A stretch of DNA of 61,818 nt from Pseudomonas phage Itty13, in sequence record MW460249.1; one strand, written 5' to 3'. The first letter of the stretch is position 1; every line of letters begins with the position of its first letter. The notes beneath the pieces were generated by a model. The model did no database searches, was not told the origin of the DNA, and saw only the letters and a program-made list of their open reading frames with translations. This document shows positions 52,660 to 59,884 of this stretch, piece by piece. The position numbers were made by a program, and so were the translations under genes.

Positions 52660-52886
52660 GCCAGCGGCCGGAGGAGTACCTACGCCCCAGGCGCTGCCCG
52701 TGCGGCGGTACCTACCGGGTGGACAAGTGGGCGAACAGCCGGCCCTGGCGCGCCAAGAGCAAGCTCTGTCACTGCGATGGTGTCTGGTTCTCGATCCGTG
52801 GTGCGCCTCATCGGCGCGGAGGCGGGAGCTGCATCTACAACGAAAAACTCTACGAGGAAACGAACCATGAACCTGAGTCTCATTGA
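52611..52886 (+). CDS. Zinc-ribbon protein (91 aa, several CxxC)
   Basis: RBS AGGGAG then ATG. Motifs CRCRKCG, CPCGG, CHCDG. GC3 about 75%. Confidence 0.4.
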   Translation: MRIHCRCRKCGARKTLSQRPEEYLRPRRCPCGGTYRVDKWANSRPWRAKSKLCHCDGVWFSIRGAPHRRGGGSCIYNEKLYEETNHEPESH

Positions 52887-53319
52887 CCAACGCATCAACG
52901 AAGCCAAGACCGAAACCGAGTGCGCGCAATGGATCGAGCTGCGCAATGCACTGGTAAGCGCCGAAGAGGTCAAGATCAGCAGCGACATCCACCAGCAGAA
53001 CCGCCTGGAGCTGCTGCGCGAGGCCCGCCTGATGCGATTCAGCGCCGACATCAACACCGACATTTCCATGCAGGATAAGATCGATCCGCACATGGCCTGG
53101 GCGAACGATCTCGATCCGAAGAACCGCGACGAGTGGATACACGTCGTCGAGAAGATGATGCACATCGCCCTGAAGCATGGCCTGTGGGTCGATCCGTTCG
53201 CCGACATCGGCTTCCCGGCTGGCCGCTGGTGCGAAACCATGGATCGCCCGGCGGCGCGCTGCGGTTGCCCGGACTGCGGCTCCTCCCTGGTGCAGCAGGT
53301 GGAGGGCATGCCGGAATGA
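52867..53319 (+). CDS. Hypothetical protein with C-terminal CxxC (150 aa)
   Basis: RBS GAGGAAACG then ATG, within track ORF 52777..53319. Confidence 0.5.
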   Translation: MNLSLIDQRINEAKTETECAQWIELRNALVSAEEVKISSDIHQQNRLELLREARLMRFSADINTDISMQDKIDPHMAWANDLDPKNRDEWIHVVEKMMHIALKHGLWVDPFADIGFPAGRWCETMDRPAARCGCPDCGSSLVQQVEGMPE

Positions 53320-53702
53320 ATATCGCGGAGCGGAAAGCCTACGACGAGTGGTTGGAGAGCCTGAAGCCCGGCGACGCCGTGATCCTGAAATCCGGCTACG
53401 GCTTTCACAATCGAGATTGCGTCGCCAAGGTTGCCCGTGTCACTCCAACGCTGATCGTGCTCGAAGGTAATCGTCGCTTCCGCCGAAAGGACGGCCGCCA
53501 GTACGAGAGCCCGCCCAGGTGGGGCAGCAGCGACTCCCTGGAAAAGCCGACGAAGGAGGCCCGGCGTCGTGTCAGGCTGGAGAACGCCCGCGACACGCTT
53601 CGGAACCTGAAACCTGAGCAACTGAACGACGCCCAGGTCCTCGCCATGGTCAGGGCGATGAACGATCACGCCGACAAGGCCGGCGAAGGCGGTGCCGTGT
53701 GA
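53316..53702 (+). CDS. Hypothetical protein (128 aa)
   Basis: RBS GGAGGG then ATG, within track ORF 53133..53702. Confidence 0.5.
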   Translation: MNIAERKAYDEWLESLKPGDAVILKSGYGFHNRDCVAKVARVTPTLIVLEGNRRFRRKDGRQYESPPRWGSSDSLEKPTKEARRRVRLENARDTLRNLKPEQLNDAQVLAMVRAMNDHADKAGEGGAV

Positions 53703-54580
53703 GCCGGGCGTGGGGTCATGACGAGCTGGCCCACGACCTCGCACAGAGCCTCCGGGTGAATCCCGAGCACATCGTTTGGGAGAACATGCAGATGGGGCCT
53801 TCGGGCTCCATCCGCCCGGACGTGTACCTGCTGAAGAAACGCTACTCGACCTTCGCGCCCGTGACCTACGAGGTGAAGGTCAGCGTCAGCGACTTCCGAA
53901 GCGATGTCACCTCCGGCAAGTGGCAGGGCTACCTGAAGTTCTCCAGCGGCGTGATTTTCGCGGTGCCCGCCGGGCTGATCAACAAGGCCGACGTGCCCGC
54001 AGGCTGCGGCCTGATCGTTCGCCACGACGAGGTATGGCGCACCGTCAAGCGGCCGACCATGCAGGTGATCGAAACGCTTCCGCATGAAGCCTGGATGAAG
54101 CTGGTGATCGACGGCATCGAGCGCGCCGTAAAGCAGCGCGACGAGCCCAGGCTACGCCACGCGCCGAACTCTTGGACGGTGCAGCAGATGCTGCGGAAGA
54201 AGGTCGGCGGCGAGATCGCCGAGCTGATCGCCCAGGCTATGAGATCGCGCGAGGGCGTAGAGAACGCGATCCGGCACGCCGAGGAACAGCGCCAGGAGAT
54301 CAACGCCGGAACACACCGCGAGCTGAAGCGGGCGCGCGAGCGCATCGAGGCCGAAAGCGCTTACCTGTCCGCCGAGCTGCGCGATCTGGCCAAAGCGCTT
54401 GGCCTGCCAGCGGAAACCACGACGAGCGAGCTGTGTGCCGCCGTCCGGCAGGCCGCCCGGCGCCTTGCCGAAGACGCCGAGGTCCAACGACTGCGCAGGC
54501 TGTTCGAGCGCATCCAAGAAGCCACCGCCGATGGCGTGCTCCCGCTGCCCGGCGAACAACAAGAGGCAATTCCCGCATGA
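53699..54580 (+). CDS. Nuclease-fold (MmcB / PD-(D/E)XK-like) protein with C-terminal coiled coil (293 aa, GTG start)
   Basis: N-terminal DVYLLKKRYSTFAPVTYEVKVSVSDF... suggests a restriction-endonuclease-like fold. The GTG start overlaps the upstream stop. Confidence 0.4.
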   Translation: MSRAWGHDELAHDLAQSLRVNPEHIVWENMQMGPSGSIRPDVYLLKKRYSTFAPVTYEVKVSVSDFRSDVTSGKWQGYLKFSSGVIFAVPAGLINKADVPAGCGLIVRHDEVWRTVKRPTMQVIETLPHEAWMKLVIDGIERAVKQRDEPRLRHAPNSWTVQQMLRKKVGGEIAELIAQAMRSREGVENAIRHAEEQRQEINAGTHRELKRARERIEAESAYLSAELRDLAKALGLPAETTTSELCAAVRQAARRLAEDAEVQRLRRLFERIQEATADGVLPLPGEQQEAIPA

Positions 54581-55299
54581 AAATCGACGAAACCAGCATC
54601 TGCCAGGGCACCAACTGCGGCACCACGACGGGCGATCACTCGCCGGAATGCCTTGCCGAAGCGGCCGCATCCCAGGGCTGGGAGCTGAAGCCGGAAGACC
54701 TCGGCGAGGTGGAGGTGGTGGCCTATCTCGCCACTGCCGAACATCCGAAGCACGGTCAGCCGCACAAGGCGATCAACTACTTCAAGGACCCGCACGACGC
54801 ACAGGTGGCGCACTGGCGTGAGCGCGGCTGCACAGTGACGGAAGACCAGCTTATGACCGTCGCCCTGCACGGGCGCCGGATGGCGGCGCTCGATTCCTCC
54901 TGGCGCCGGCATTTGGTCCACCCATCCGAGCGCTACTGGGAAAATCGCTACCGCGACGAGGCGAAGGAGAACGAGCGCCTGCGCGCCCTGATCAACAGCC
55001 CCGAGCTGCATGAATTCGCCAAGGGCGTGGTGCTGGAAGCGGCGCACCAGCGCGAGCGCTGGGGCAGCGAGCAAGACGCAGGGAAGCAGCCGGCCGACTG
55101 GTTCTGGCTGATCGGCTACCTCGCGCAGAAGGCCATGATGGCGCAGCTCGCCGGCGACCCCGAGAAGGCCTTGCACCACTGCATCAGCACAGCGGCCGCG
55201 ATGAACAACTGGCACGCCAGCATCCTGGGCGCCAACACCAGCATGCGCCCTGGGCTGCCCGAGGAAGCGCTGCCGGCCGGCGAAGGGGGTGCAGTGTGA
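54577..55299 (+). CDS. Hypothetical protein (240 aa)
   Basis: ATG within track ORF 54172..55299; overlaps the upstream stop (ATGA). Confidence 0.45.
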   Translation: MKIDETSICQGTNCGTTTGDHSPECLAEAAASQGWELKPEDLGEVEVVAYLATAEHPKHGQPHKAINYFKDPHDAQVAHWRERGCTVTEDQLMTVALHGRRMAALDSSWRRHLVHPSERYWENRYRDEAKENERLRALINSPELHEFAKGVVLEAAHQRERWGSEQDAGKQPADWFWLIGYLAQKAMMAQLAGDPEKALHHCISTAAAMNNWHASILGANTSMRPGLPEEALPAGEGGAV

Positions 55300-55799
55300 G
55301 CGCCATCATCAGCGAGTGCGGCCGCTACCGCTACCGCCTGGAGCGCGAGACCGGCGTGGCCGGGCCGGTCGTCGCCTTCATCGGCGTGAACCCGTCCACC
55401 GCCGACGCCACCGAGGACGACGCCACCATTCGCAAGATGGTCGGCTTCGCCCGCCGGTGGGGCTACAGCCGGGTCATCGTCGGCAACCTGTTCGCCTACC
55501 GCGCGACCGACGTGCGGGAGTTGCGCCGCGCGTACCTCGATCCATTCGAGACCCGCCCGCTGTTCGCCATCGAGTCGCGCTACCTGCTCGACATCATCCG
55601 AAACGCCGATCTGCTGGTGCCGTGCTGGGGCGACCGAGGGAAAATCCCGAAGGTGCTGCGCGACCGACCGAGCGACGTGCTCCACCTGCTGCGGCACCCA
55701 GCGAAGCCGATTTGCCACCTGGGCCTGACCAAGCGCGGCGATCCCAAGCACCCGCTCATGCTCGGCTACGACACCCAGCTCGTCGAGTGGAGGGCCTGA
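55296..55799 (+). CDS. DUF1643-family protein (167 aa, GTG start)
   Basis: Pattern RYRYRLERE...AFIGVNPSTADATEDDATIRKMVGFARRWGYSRVIVGNLFAYRATD...HPLML matches DUF1643. Confidence 0.55.
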   Translation: MSAIISECGRYRYRLERETGVAGPVVAFIGVNPSTADATEDDATIRKMVGFARRWGYSRVIVGNLFAYRATDVRELRRAYLDPFETRPLFAIESRYLLDIIRNADLLVPCWGDRGKIPKVLRDRPSDVLHLLRHPAKPICHLGLTKRGDPKHPLMLGYDTQLVEWRA

Positions 55800-55802
55800 T
55801 CC

Positions 55803-55940
55803 ATGGCTACCGAAAGCAAATCCTGCTGGCTCGTCTGCCTTCCTGGCCGGAAGCCGTTCTTCATGGTCGGCGCCAAGATGGACTTTGACGAGGCGCTGGC
55901 CGCCGCTCGGGTGATCTGGCCGGAGGCCGAAGTCAAATGA
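55803..55940 (+). CDS. Hypothetical small protein (45 aa)
   Basis: RBS GGAGGG then ATG; product MATESKSCWLVCLPGRKPFFMVGAKMDFDEALAAARVIWPEAEVK. Confidence 0.35.
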   Translation: MATESKSCWLVCLPGRKPFFMVGAKMDFDEALAAARVIWPEAEVK

Positions 55941-55970
55941 ACATCCTACGAAGCTGGTCGAGGTGAAGGC

Positions 55971-56129
55971 ATGAAAAATAGACTGGACGAAATTAACCGG
56001 AGCATACTGCTCAGCGGGGCCATTGCCTGGGGATCGGGATTGATCGCCGCAATGGTCATCGGCGGCGGCGCGCTGGCCCTCCCTCTGATCAAGAGCCTGA
56101 TCGGATGGCAGTGGGGGTGCCATTTCTAA
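55971..56129 (+). CDS. Small hydrophobic membrane peptide (52 aa) with low-GC 5' end
   Basis: RBS GAGGTGA then ATG; product MKNRLDEINRSILLSGAIAWGSGLIAAMVIGGGALALPLIKSLIGWQWGCHF. Local GC drops sharply. Lies just before alpA and int. Confidence 0.4.
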   Translation: MKNRLDEINRSILLSGAIAWGSGLIAAMVIGGGALALPLIKSLIGWQWGCHF

Positions 56130-56171
56130 TCCTGCTGCGCCCCACCTTGTCCCTTTCCCTCCTGTTTGCGT

Positions 56172-56198
56172 CGTGCTATCCCGTGTTTCGATTTCGCA
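56172..56198 (+). promoter_or_regulatory. Operator motif (GTGTTTCGATTTCGCAAACAGG) fused to the alpA RBS
   Basis: The core 16-mer TGTTTCGATTTCGCAA is identical to the reverse complement of the site at ~49634. Confidence 0.45.
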
Positions 56199-56212
56199 AA
56201 CAGGAGGGCTCC

Positions 56213-56446
56213 TTGTCGTCTGCTCATTCCATCCAGTCCGGTGATCGCCTGCTCCGCCTGCGCGACGTGAAGACGAAGACCGGGCTGGGCTCCTCTACGA
56301 TCTACCGCTACATCCAGGCCGGCACCTTCCCGGCGCCGGTCAAGATCGGCGGCTTTACCGCGCGCTGGCGCGAGTCTCAGGTCGAGGCGTGGATTGACGC
56401 CTTGCCGCGCCTGCGGCCGGACACGACCTCGTCCAGCGGCATCTGA
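56213..56446 (+). CDS. alpA-like: AlpA-family excisionase / transcriptional regulator (77 aa, TTG start)
   Basis: Pattern LLRLRDVKTKTGLGSSTIYRYIQAGTFPAPVKIGGFTARWRESQVEAWI matches the Phage_AlpA family. RBS AGGAGGG abuts an operator motif. 3' end is convergent with int. Confidence 0.65.
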   Translation: MSSAHSIQSGDRLLRLRDVKTKTGLGSSTIYRYIQAGTFPAPVKIGGFTARWRESQVEAWIDALPRLRPDTTSSSGI

Positions 56447-57639
56447 TCGACGATCAGCAGGTCGGCCCATTCCTGGGCCAGCTCGCGGCGGCGCGCCAGA
56501 TGCGCCGCGCGATTGTACGCCGCCTCGACTTTGTCCTTGGGCGTGTGCGCCAGCATCAGGTCGATGATGCGGCTGTCCTGGGGGTGGCGCTCGTTCATCA
56601 CCGTCGAGAACGTTGACCGCCAGCCGTGGGGTACATGGCGGTGGTGATACCCCGCCCGGTTCAGCAGATACCCCATGGCGTTCTCGCTCATCGGCTTGTG
56701 CGCGTGCCGGCCGTTCGGGAACACGAACGGGCAGCGGCCGGTCAGCGGGCGCAGCGCCTCGATCACCTCGCGGGCCTGCCGCGACAGCGGGACGAGGTGG
56801 TCGCGGGCCTCGTCGTCCTTCAGGTGCAGGGCCAGCTTCATCCGCGCCGCCGGCACGGTCCACAGGTCCTCGACATCCTCCAGCTCCTCCCATGGCGTCG
56901 TCGCCAGGGTGCCGGGGCGCAGCGCGGTCAGCGCCAGCAGCCGGATCGCCAGCTTCGTCGCCGGGTGCGCGCCCTCGCGGTCCACCTTGCGGATGATTTC
57001 GCGGGCCTGTTCGAGGTCGGTGATGGCCGGCTGCCGGCCCTTCTTCAGCGGGGCCATGGCGCCCTGGACGATGGCGGCCGGGTCGTTCTCGCCTCGGCCG
57101 GAGGCGATGGCGTAGACGAACACGGCGGACATCCGCTGCCGGATGCGCCGCGCGGTCTCCACCGCCGGCCGCTTCTCGATGGAGCGCAGGACCTTCAGCA
57201 CCATGGGCGCGGTGATCGCCTTGATCGGCAGGGCGCCCAGCTCGGGGAACACGTCGCGCTCCAGGCTGTGCAGCACGTCATAGCAGTGAACGGGCGTCCA
57301 CTTCGCCTTGTTGGCCTCGTGCCACTCGCGGGCGACCGCCTCGAAGGTGGTGCCGGCGTCGAAGATCGCGGCGGCGGCGCGCTCCTTCTTCTCCACGGAC
57401 GGGTCGCGGCCGTCGCGCAGGATCGCGCGGGCGTCGTCGCGCTTCTCGCGGGCCTGGGCCAGGGAGACCTCGGGGTATGGGCCGAAGGAAAGCAGCTTCT
57501 CCTTGCCGGCGAAGCGGTACTTCATGCGCCACAGCTTCGAGCCGTTGGGATTGAGCTGGAGGTAGAGGCCTGCGCTATCGGTCAGCTTGCGGGGCTTGTC
57601 GGTGGCCTTGGCGCGGCGAATCTCGGCATCGGTCAGCAT
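56377..57639 (-). CDS. int: Tyrosine integrase, P4-type (420 aa)
   Basis: N-terminal arm-binding region (LTDAEIRRAKATDKPRKLTDSAGLYLQLNPNGSKLWRMKYRFAGKEKLLSFGPYPEVSLAQAR) and C-terminal catalytic region (...HGWRSTFST...LAHTPKDKVEAAYNRA). Confidence 0.8.
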   Translation of the reverse strand: MLTDAEIRRAKATDKPRKLTDSAGLYLQLNPNGSKLWRMKYRFAGKEKLLSFGPYPEVSLAQAREKRDDARAILRDGRDPSVEKKERAAAAIFDAGTTFEAVAREWHEANKAKWTPVHCYDVLHSLERDVFPELGALPIKAITAPMVLKVLRSIEKRPAVETARRIRQRMSAVFVYAIASGRGENDPAAIVQGAMAPLKKGRQPAITDLEQAREIIRKVDREGAHPATKLAIRLLALTALRPGTLATTPWEELEDVEDLWTVPAARMKLALHLKDDEARDHLVPLSRQAREVIEALRPLTGRCPFVFPNGRHAHKPMSENAMGYLLNRAGYHHRHVPHGWRSTFSTVMNERHPQDSRIIDLMLAHTPKDKVEAAYNRAAHLARRRELAQEWADLLIVDQMPLDEVVSGRRRGKASIHAST

Positions 57640-57944
57640 TCGATTTCCTCTTGGGTTGCGATACCCCCAAGGATCAAATTCGAGTCCCCGTTTCTACCCC
57701 CACCGATGTGGGGTAGCGTGGGAAAGGCCGGGACCGGATAGGACAGGGAAAGACGCCTAACCCATTGAATTATCAACAGGATTTGAACGGCGCGGGAAAG
57801 GTTGGGAAAGGAAAATGGCGGAGACGGAGCCCCTCGAATAGAACGGCCAAGCTGCTGGAACTGCTACGCTTTTTCGGCGCTACCCCGCGCCGATACCCGG
57901 AAATCTACCCCCAGGCGCGAAGGCCTGGGGTTTTCCACAGTTTC

Positions 57945-58481
57945 CTACTCCCGCTGAAGCGCTTCGCACTGCCGGGCGTAGTCTTGCAGGTAGGCTATCT
58001 TCGCCCGGTCTTCGAGGATTCCTCCTCGGGCGGCAAGAACGTTGCGTCCAGCAGCTCCAGAGAGTTCGACGGTGGTGTCATCGCCCAGGCCGCCGGCGGC
58101 GGCATTCTGGCCGCCTTGGTTGCCACCGGCTGGAGCTGGACAGCGGGCTTGGACGCGCAGCCGGCGCTCGCCAGCGGCAACAGCATCAGCAAGACGAGCG
58201 TTCTCGGCTTGGGCATTCTTCAGGTCCTCGGTGTGCTTGCGGTCGGAGTCGGCCAGCCGCTGCTCGGCGGCCTGCTGCTTTTCCAAGGCGCCGGCGGTCG
58301 CCCGCTGCGCCTCGTCGGTGATGCGCTTCAGTTCGGTCGCGTGGTCGGTCTGGAGCTGGCTGTAGGCCCGGTCCTTGTCGGCGAGCTGCTCGCCGTAGCG
58401 CCAGCCCTGCGCGGTGCCGGCGGCGATGGCGCCGGCCAGGAATGAGGAGAGGGTGAGAATGGCGTAGCCCTTGAGCGTCAC
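57945..58481 (-). CDS. Rz: Rz-like i-spanin (178 aa, GTG start)
   Basis: N-terminal TM (YAILTLSSFLAGAIAAG) and a periplasmic coiled coil (...AEQRLADSDRKHTEDLKNAQAENARLADAV...) typical of the Rz family. Rz1 is embedded in another frame. Confidence 0.7.
   Translation of the reverse strand: MTLKGYAILTLSSFLAGAIAAGTAQGWRYGEQLADKDRAYSQLQTDHATELKRITDEAQRATAGALEKQQAAEQRLADSDRKHTEDLKNAQAENARLADAVAAGERRLRVQARCPAPAGGNQGGQNAAAGGLGDDTTVELSGAAGRNVLAARGGILEDRAKIAYLQDYARQCEALQRE
57995..58216 (-). CDS. Rz1: Rz1-like o-spanin lipoprotein embedded in Rz (73 aa)
   Basis: Signal peptide plus lipobox LLMLLPLASAGC, Pro-rich mature part. Lies wholly inside Rz in a different frame. Confidence 0.65.
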   Translation of the reverse strand: MPKPRTLVLLMLLPLASAGCASKPAVQLQPVATKAARMPPPAAWAMTPPSNSLELLDATFLPPEEESSKTGRR

Positions 58482-58759
58482 TTCGCCTGCTCCGTGGCCT
58501 TCTCGACCGCCGTTTCCGCCTTGTTGGCGGCCTCGGTCGCTTTGGCAATGCAGATGTGAATGGACTCGTCCTTGGCGGCCAGCGCCTCGGCGTATGCGGC
58601 ATTCAGGGCGGTGATCCGCTGTTCAGCGGAGCCACGCTCCCACATCATCCCCAGCGGTAGCCCGATGGCGACGCCGGCGGCGAACAGCACGCCGACGATG
58701 CCCCAGGTTTCCGCGCTGCGGAAGCCGACCTTGCAGTTAGTGCTGCGACCGTCGTTCAT
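58478..58759 (-). CDS. Single-TM membrane protein with helical periplasmic domain (93 aa; holin/antiholin candidate)
   Basis: ATG at 58759 (track ORF starts at 58795). TM segment WGIVGVLFAAGVAIGLPLGMMW. Stop overlaps the Rz start. Confidence 0.45.
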   Translation of the reverse strand: MNDGRSTNCKVGFRSAETWGIVGVLFAAGVAIGLPLGMMWERGSAEQRITALNAAYAEALAAKDESIHICIAKATEAANKAETAVEKATEQAK

Positions 58760-59102
58760 CTCCAGTCCTCTCCAGCGCCCCCCGCAGTGTGACAATTTCC
58801 TGCTTCATCTGTTCGATGCGCGACTCCAGCATCTTCTGGCTGGTTTCCAGGGCGCGGACGCTGCCGATCAGCTCGCCTACCTCCCGGTAGAGCTTGTTGC
58901 GCTCGGCTGTGACCTCTTGCAGGCTCAGGCGCAGCTCCTTGTTCTCCTCTTGGAGCCGGTCGATCATGTCCACTTCGGCCCTGGCGTTGGCGATCTCCGC
59001 CGCGTCCTTGGAGAGCTTCGTGCGGAGCCACAGGCCGCCCATCACCAGACTGGTCAGGCCGGCGCCGATCATCCCCCACAGGGTTTGCGGTTGCTCGTCC
59101 AT
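58737..59102 (-). CDS. Single-TM membrane protein with long coiled coil (121 aa; holin/lysis-regulator candidate)
   Basis: ATG at 59102 overlaps the endolysin stop (TGATG). TM segment LWGMIGAGLTSLVMGGLWL followed by a heptad-rich C-terminus. Confidence 0.45.
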   Translation of the reverse strand: MDEQPQTLWGMIGAGLTSLVMGGLWLRTKLSKDAAEIANARAEVDMIDRLQEENKELRLSLQEVTAERNKLYREVGELIGSVRALETSQKMLESRIEQMKQEIVTLRGALERTGDERRSQH

Positions 59103-59701
59103 CAGGCAATGCCCCCTCCCGCGCTCTTGAAGGCGGCCGCCAGCTTCGTGTCGTACTGGTTCGCCGCGTAGTTCGGGCCGTTGTAGAGAAGCGCGAAGGT
59201 CTTCCAGTCCTGCCGCTTCAGCGCCTCGTGCAGCTTCGGGTTCGCCTTGACGAACCGGACGAAGGCGTCGAGCTGGTCGCCCTCGCTGTAGTACATGGCG
59301 TTGATGAAGGCCTGGAGCGTGGGATAGCCGAGCGTTTCCCAGTGGTAGCCCATGATCTGGAACAGACCCCAGCTCGCCGACTCCAGGGCGCACTCCCGGT
59401 CGATCAGCTTGGCGGCGCGGTCCATGCGGTCAGGCTGCGCGGACTCCTTGCCGTAGGCGCCGGGCTTCGGGTTGATGATGTCGGGGTAGCGCTCGACCAG
59501 GGCGTCGGCGCGGGTGAAGCCGTACTTGGCCTTGGTGCGCCGGTACATGATGTGGCGCTCGAACAGGACGACCGGGCGGCCATCCGGCAGGAAGCCGTCG
59601 CCACGGCTTTCGACAGCGCAGACCGCTTTCACGGCTGCGACCGGCACCGACAGAGAGTCGGCGGCTTTCTGAATATCGGGATCGGTGAGTTTCTTGCGCA
59701 C
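59102..59701 (-). CDS. Endolysin, N-acetylmuramidase family (199 aa from GTG at 59701)
   Basis: RBS GGAGGC then GTG. Catalytic region VAAVKAVCAVESRGDGF...WGLFQIMGYHWETLGY...FVRFVKANPKLHEALKRQDWKTFALLYNGPNYAAN matches the phage muramidase family. No TM segment. Confidence 0.7.
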   Translation of the reverse strand: MRKKLTDPDIQKAADSLSVPVAAVKAVCAVESRGDGFLPDGRPVVLFERHIMYRRTKAKYGFTRADALVERYPDIINPKPGAYGKESAQPDRMDRAAKLIDRECALESASWGLFQIMGYHWETLGYPTLQAFINAMYYSEGDQLDAFVRFVKANPKLHEALKRQDWKTFALLYNGPNYAANQYDTKLAAAFKSAGGGIA

Positions 59702-59767
59702 AGACGTGCCTCCAGTTTCCACGGGGGGCGGCACGTCATGCGCTGCTGATCACATTCTATACAGCAT

Positions 59768-59790
59768 ATTGCCATTATCGAAACAGTGAA
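59768..59790. promoter_or_regulatory. Operator motif (TTGCCATTATCGAAACAGTG) upstream of the endolysin gene
   Basis: About 70 nt upstream of the lysis cassette; followed on the gene strand by TATAGAAT. Confidence 0.4.
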
Positions 59791-59884
59791 GTGACGGGAT
59801 GCGCCCGATTCCATGCCCGTCGCCATGGTCCAAGAGGTGATCCGCGCAACCAGATCGGGTGCCAGTCGCGCGGTGTGCTCCCCG

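Noticed and set aside
49662-57741. Assorted antisense ORFs in the early/int region (49662..50363, 50767..51771, 52309..53178, 52680..53744, 54361..55215, 55116..56123, 56126..56893, 56626..57741, 57765..58445)
   Set aside because: They oppose well-supported genes (repressor, erf, DUF1643, int, Rz), have Arg/Pro/Gly-rich products, and have no RBS.
57640-57760. Possible tRNA 3' end next to the integrase start (GGATCAAATTCGAGTCC / GGATTTGAACGG)
   Set aside because: Neither strand gives a T-stem that pairs around a TTCRANY loop. It is more likely a hairpin-containing att or terminator region.
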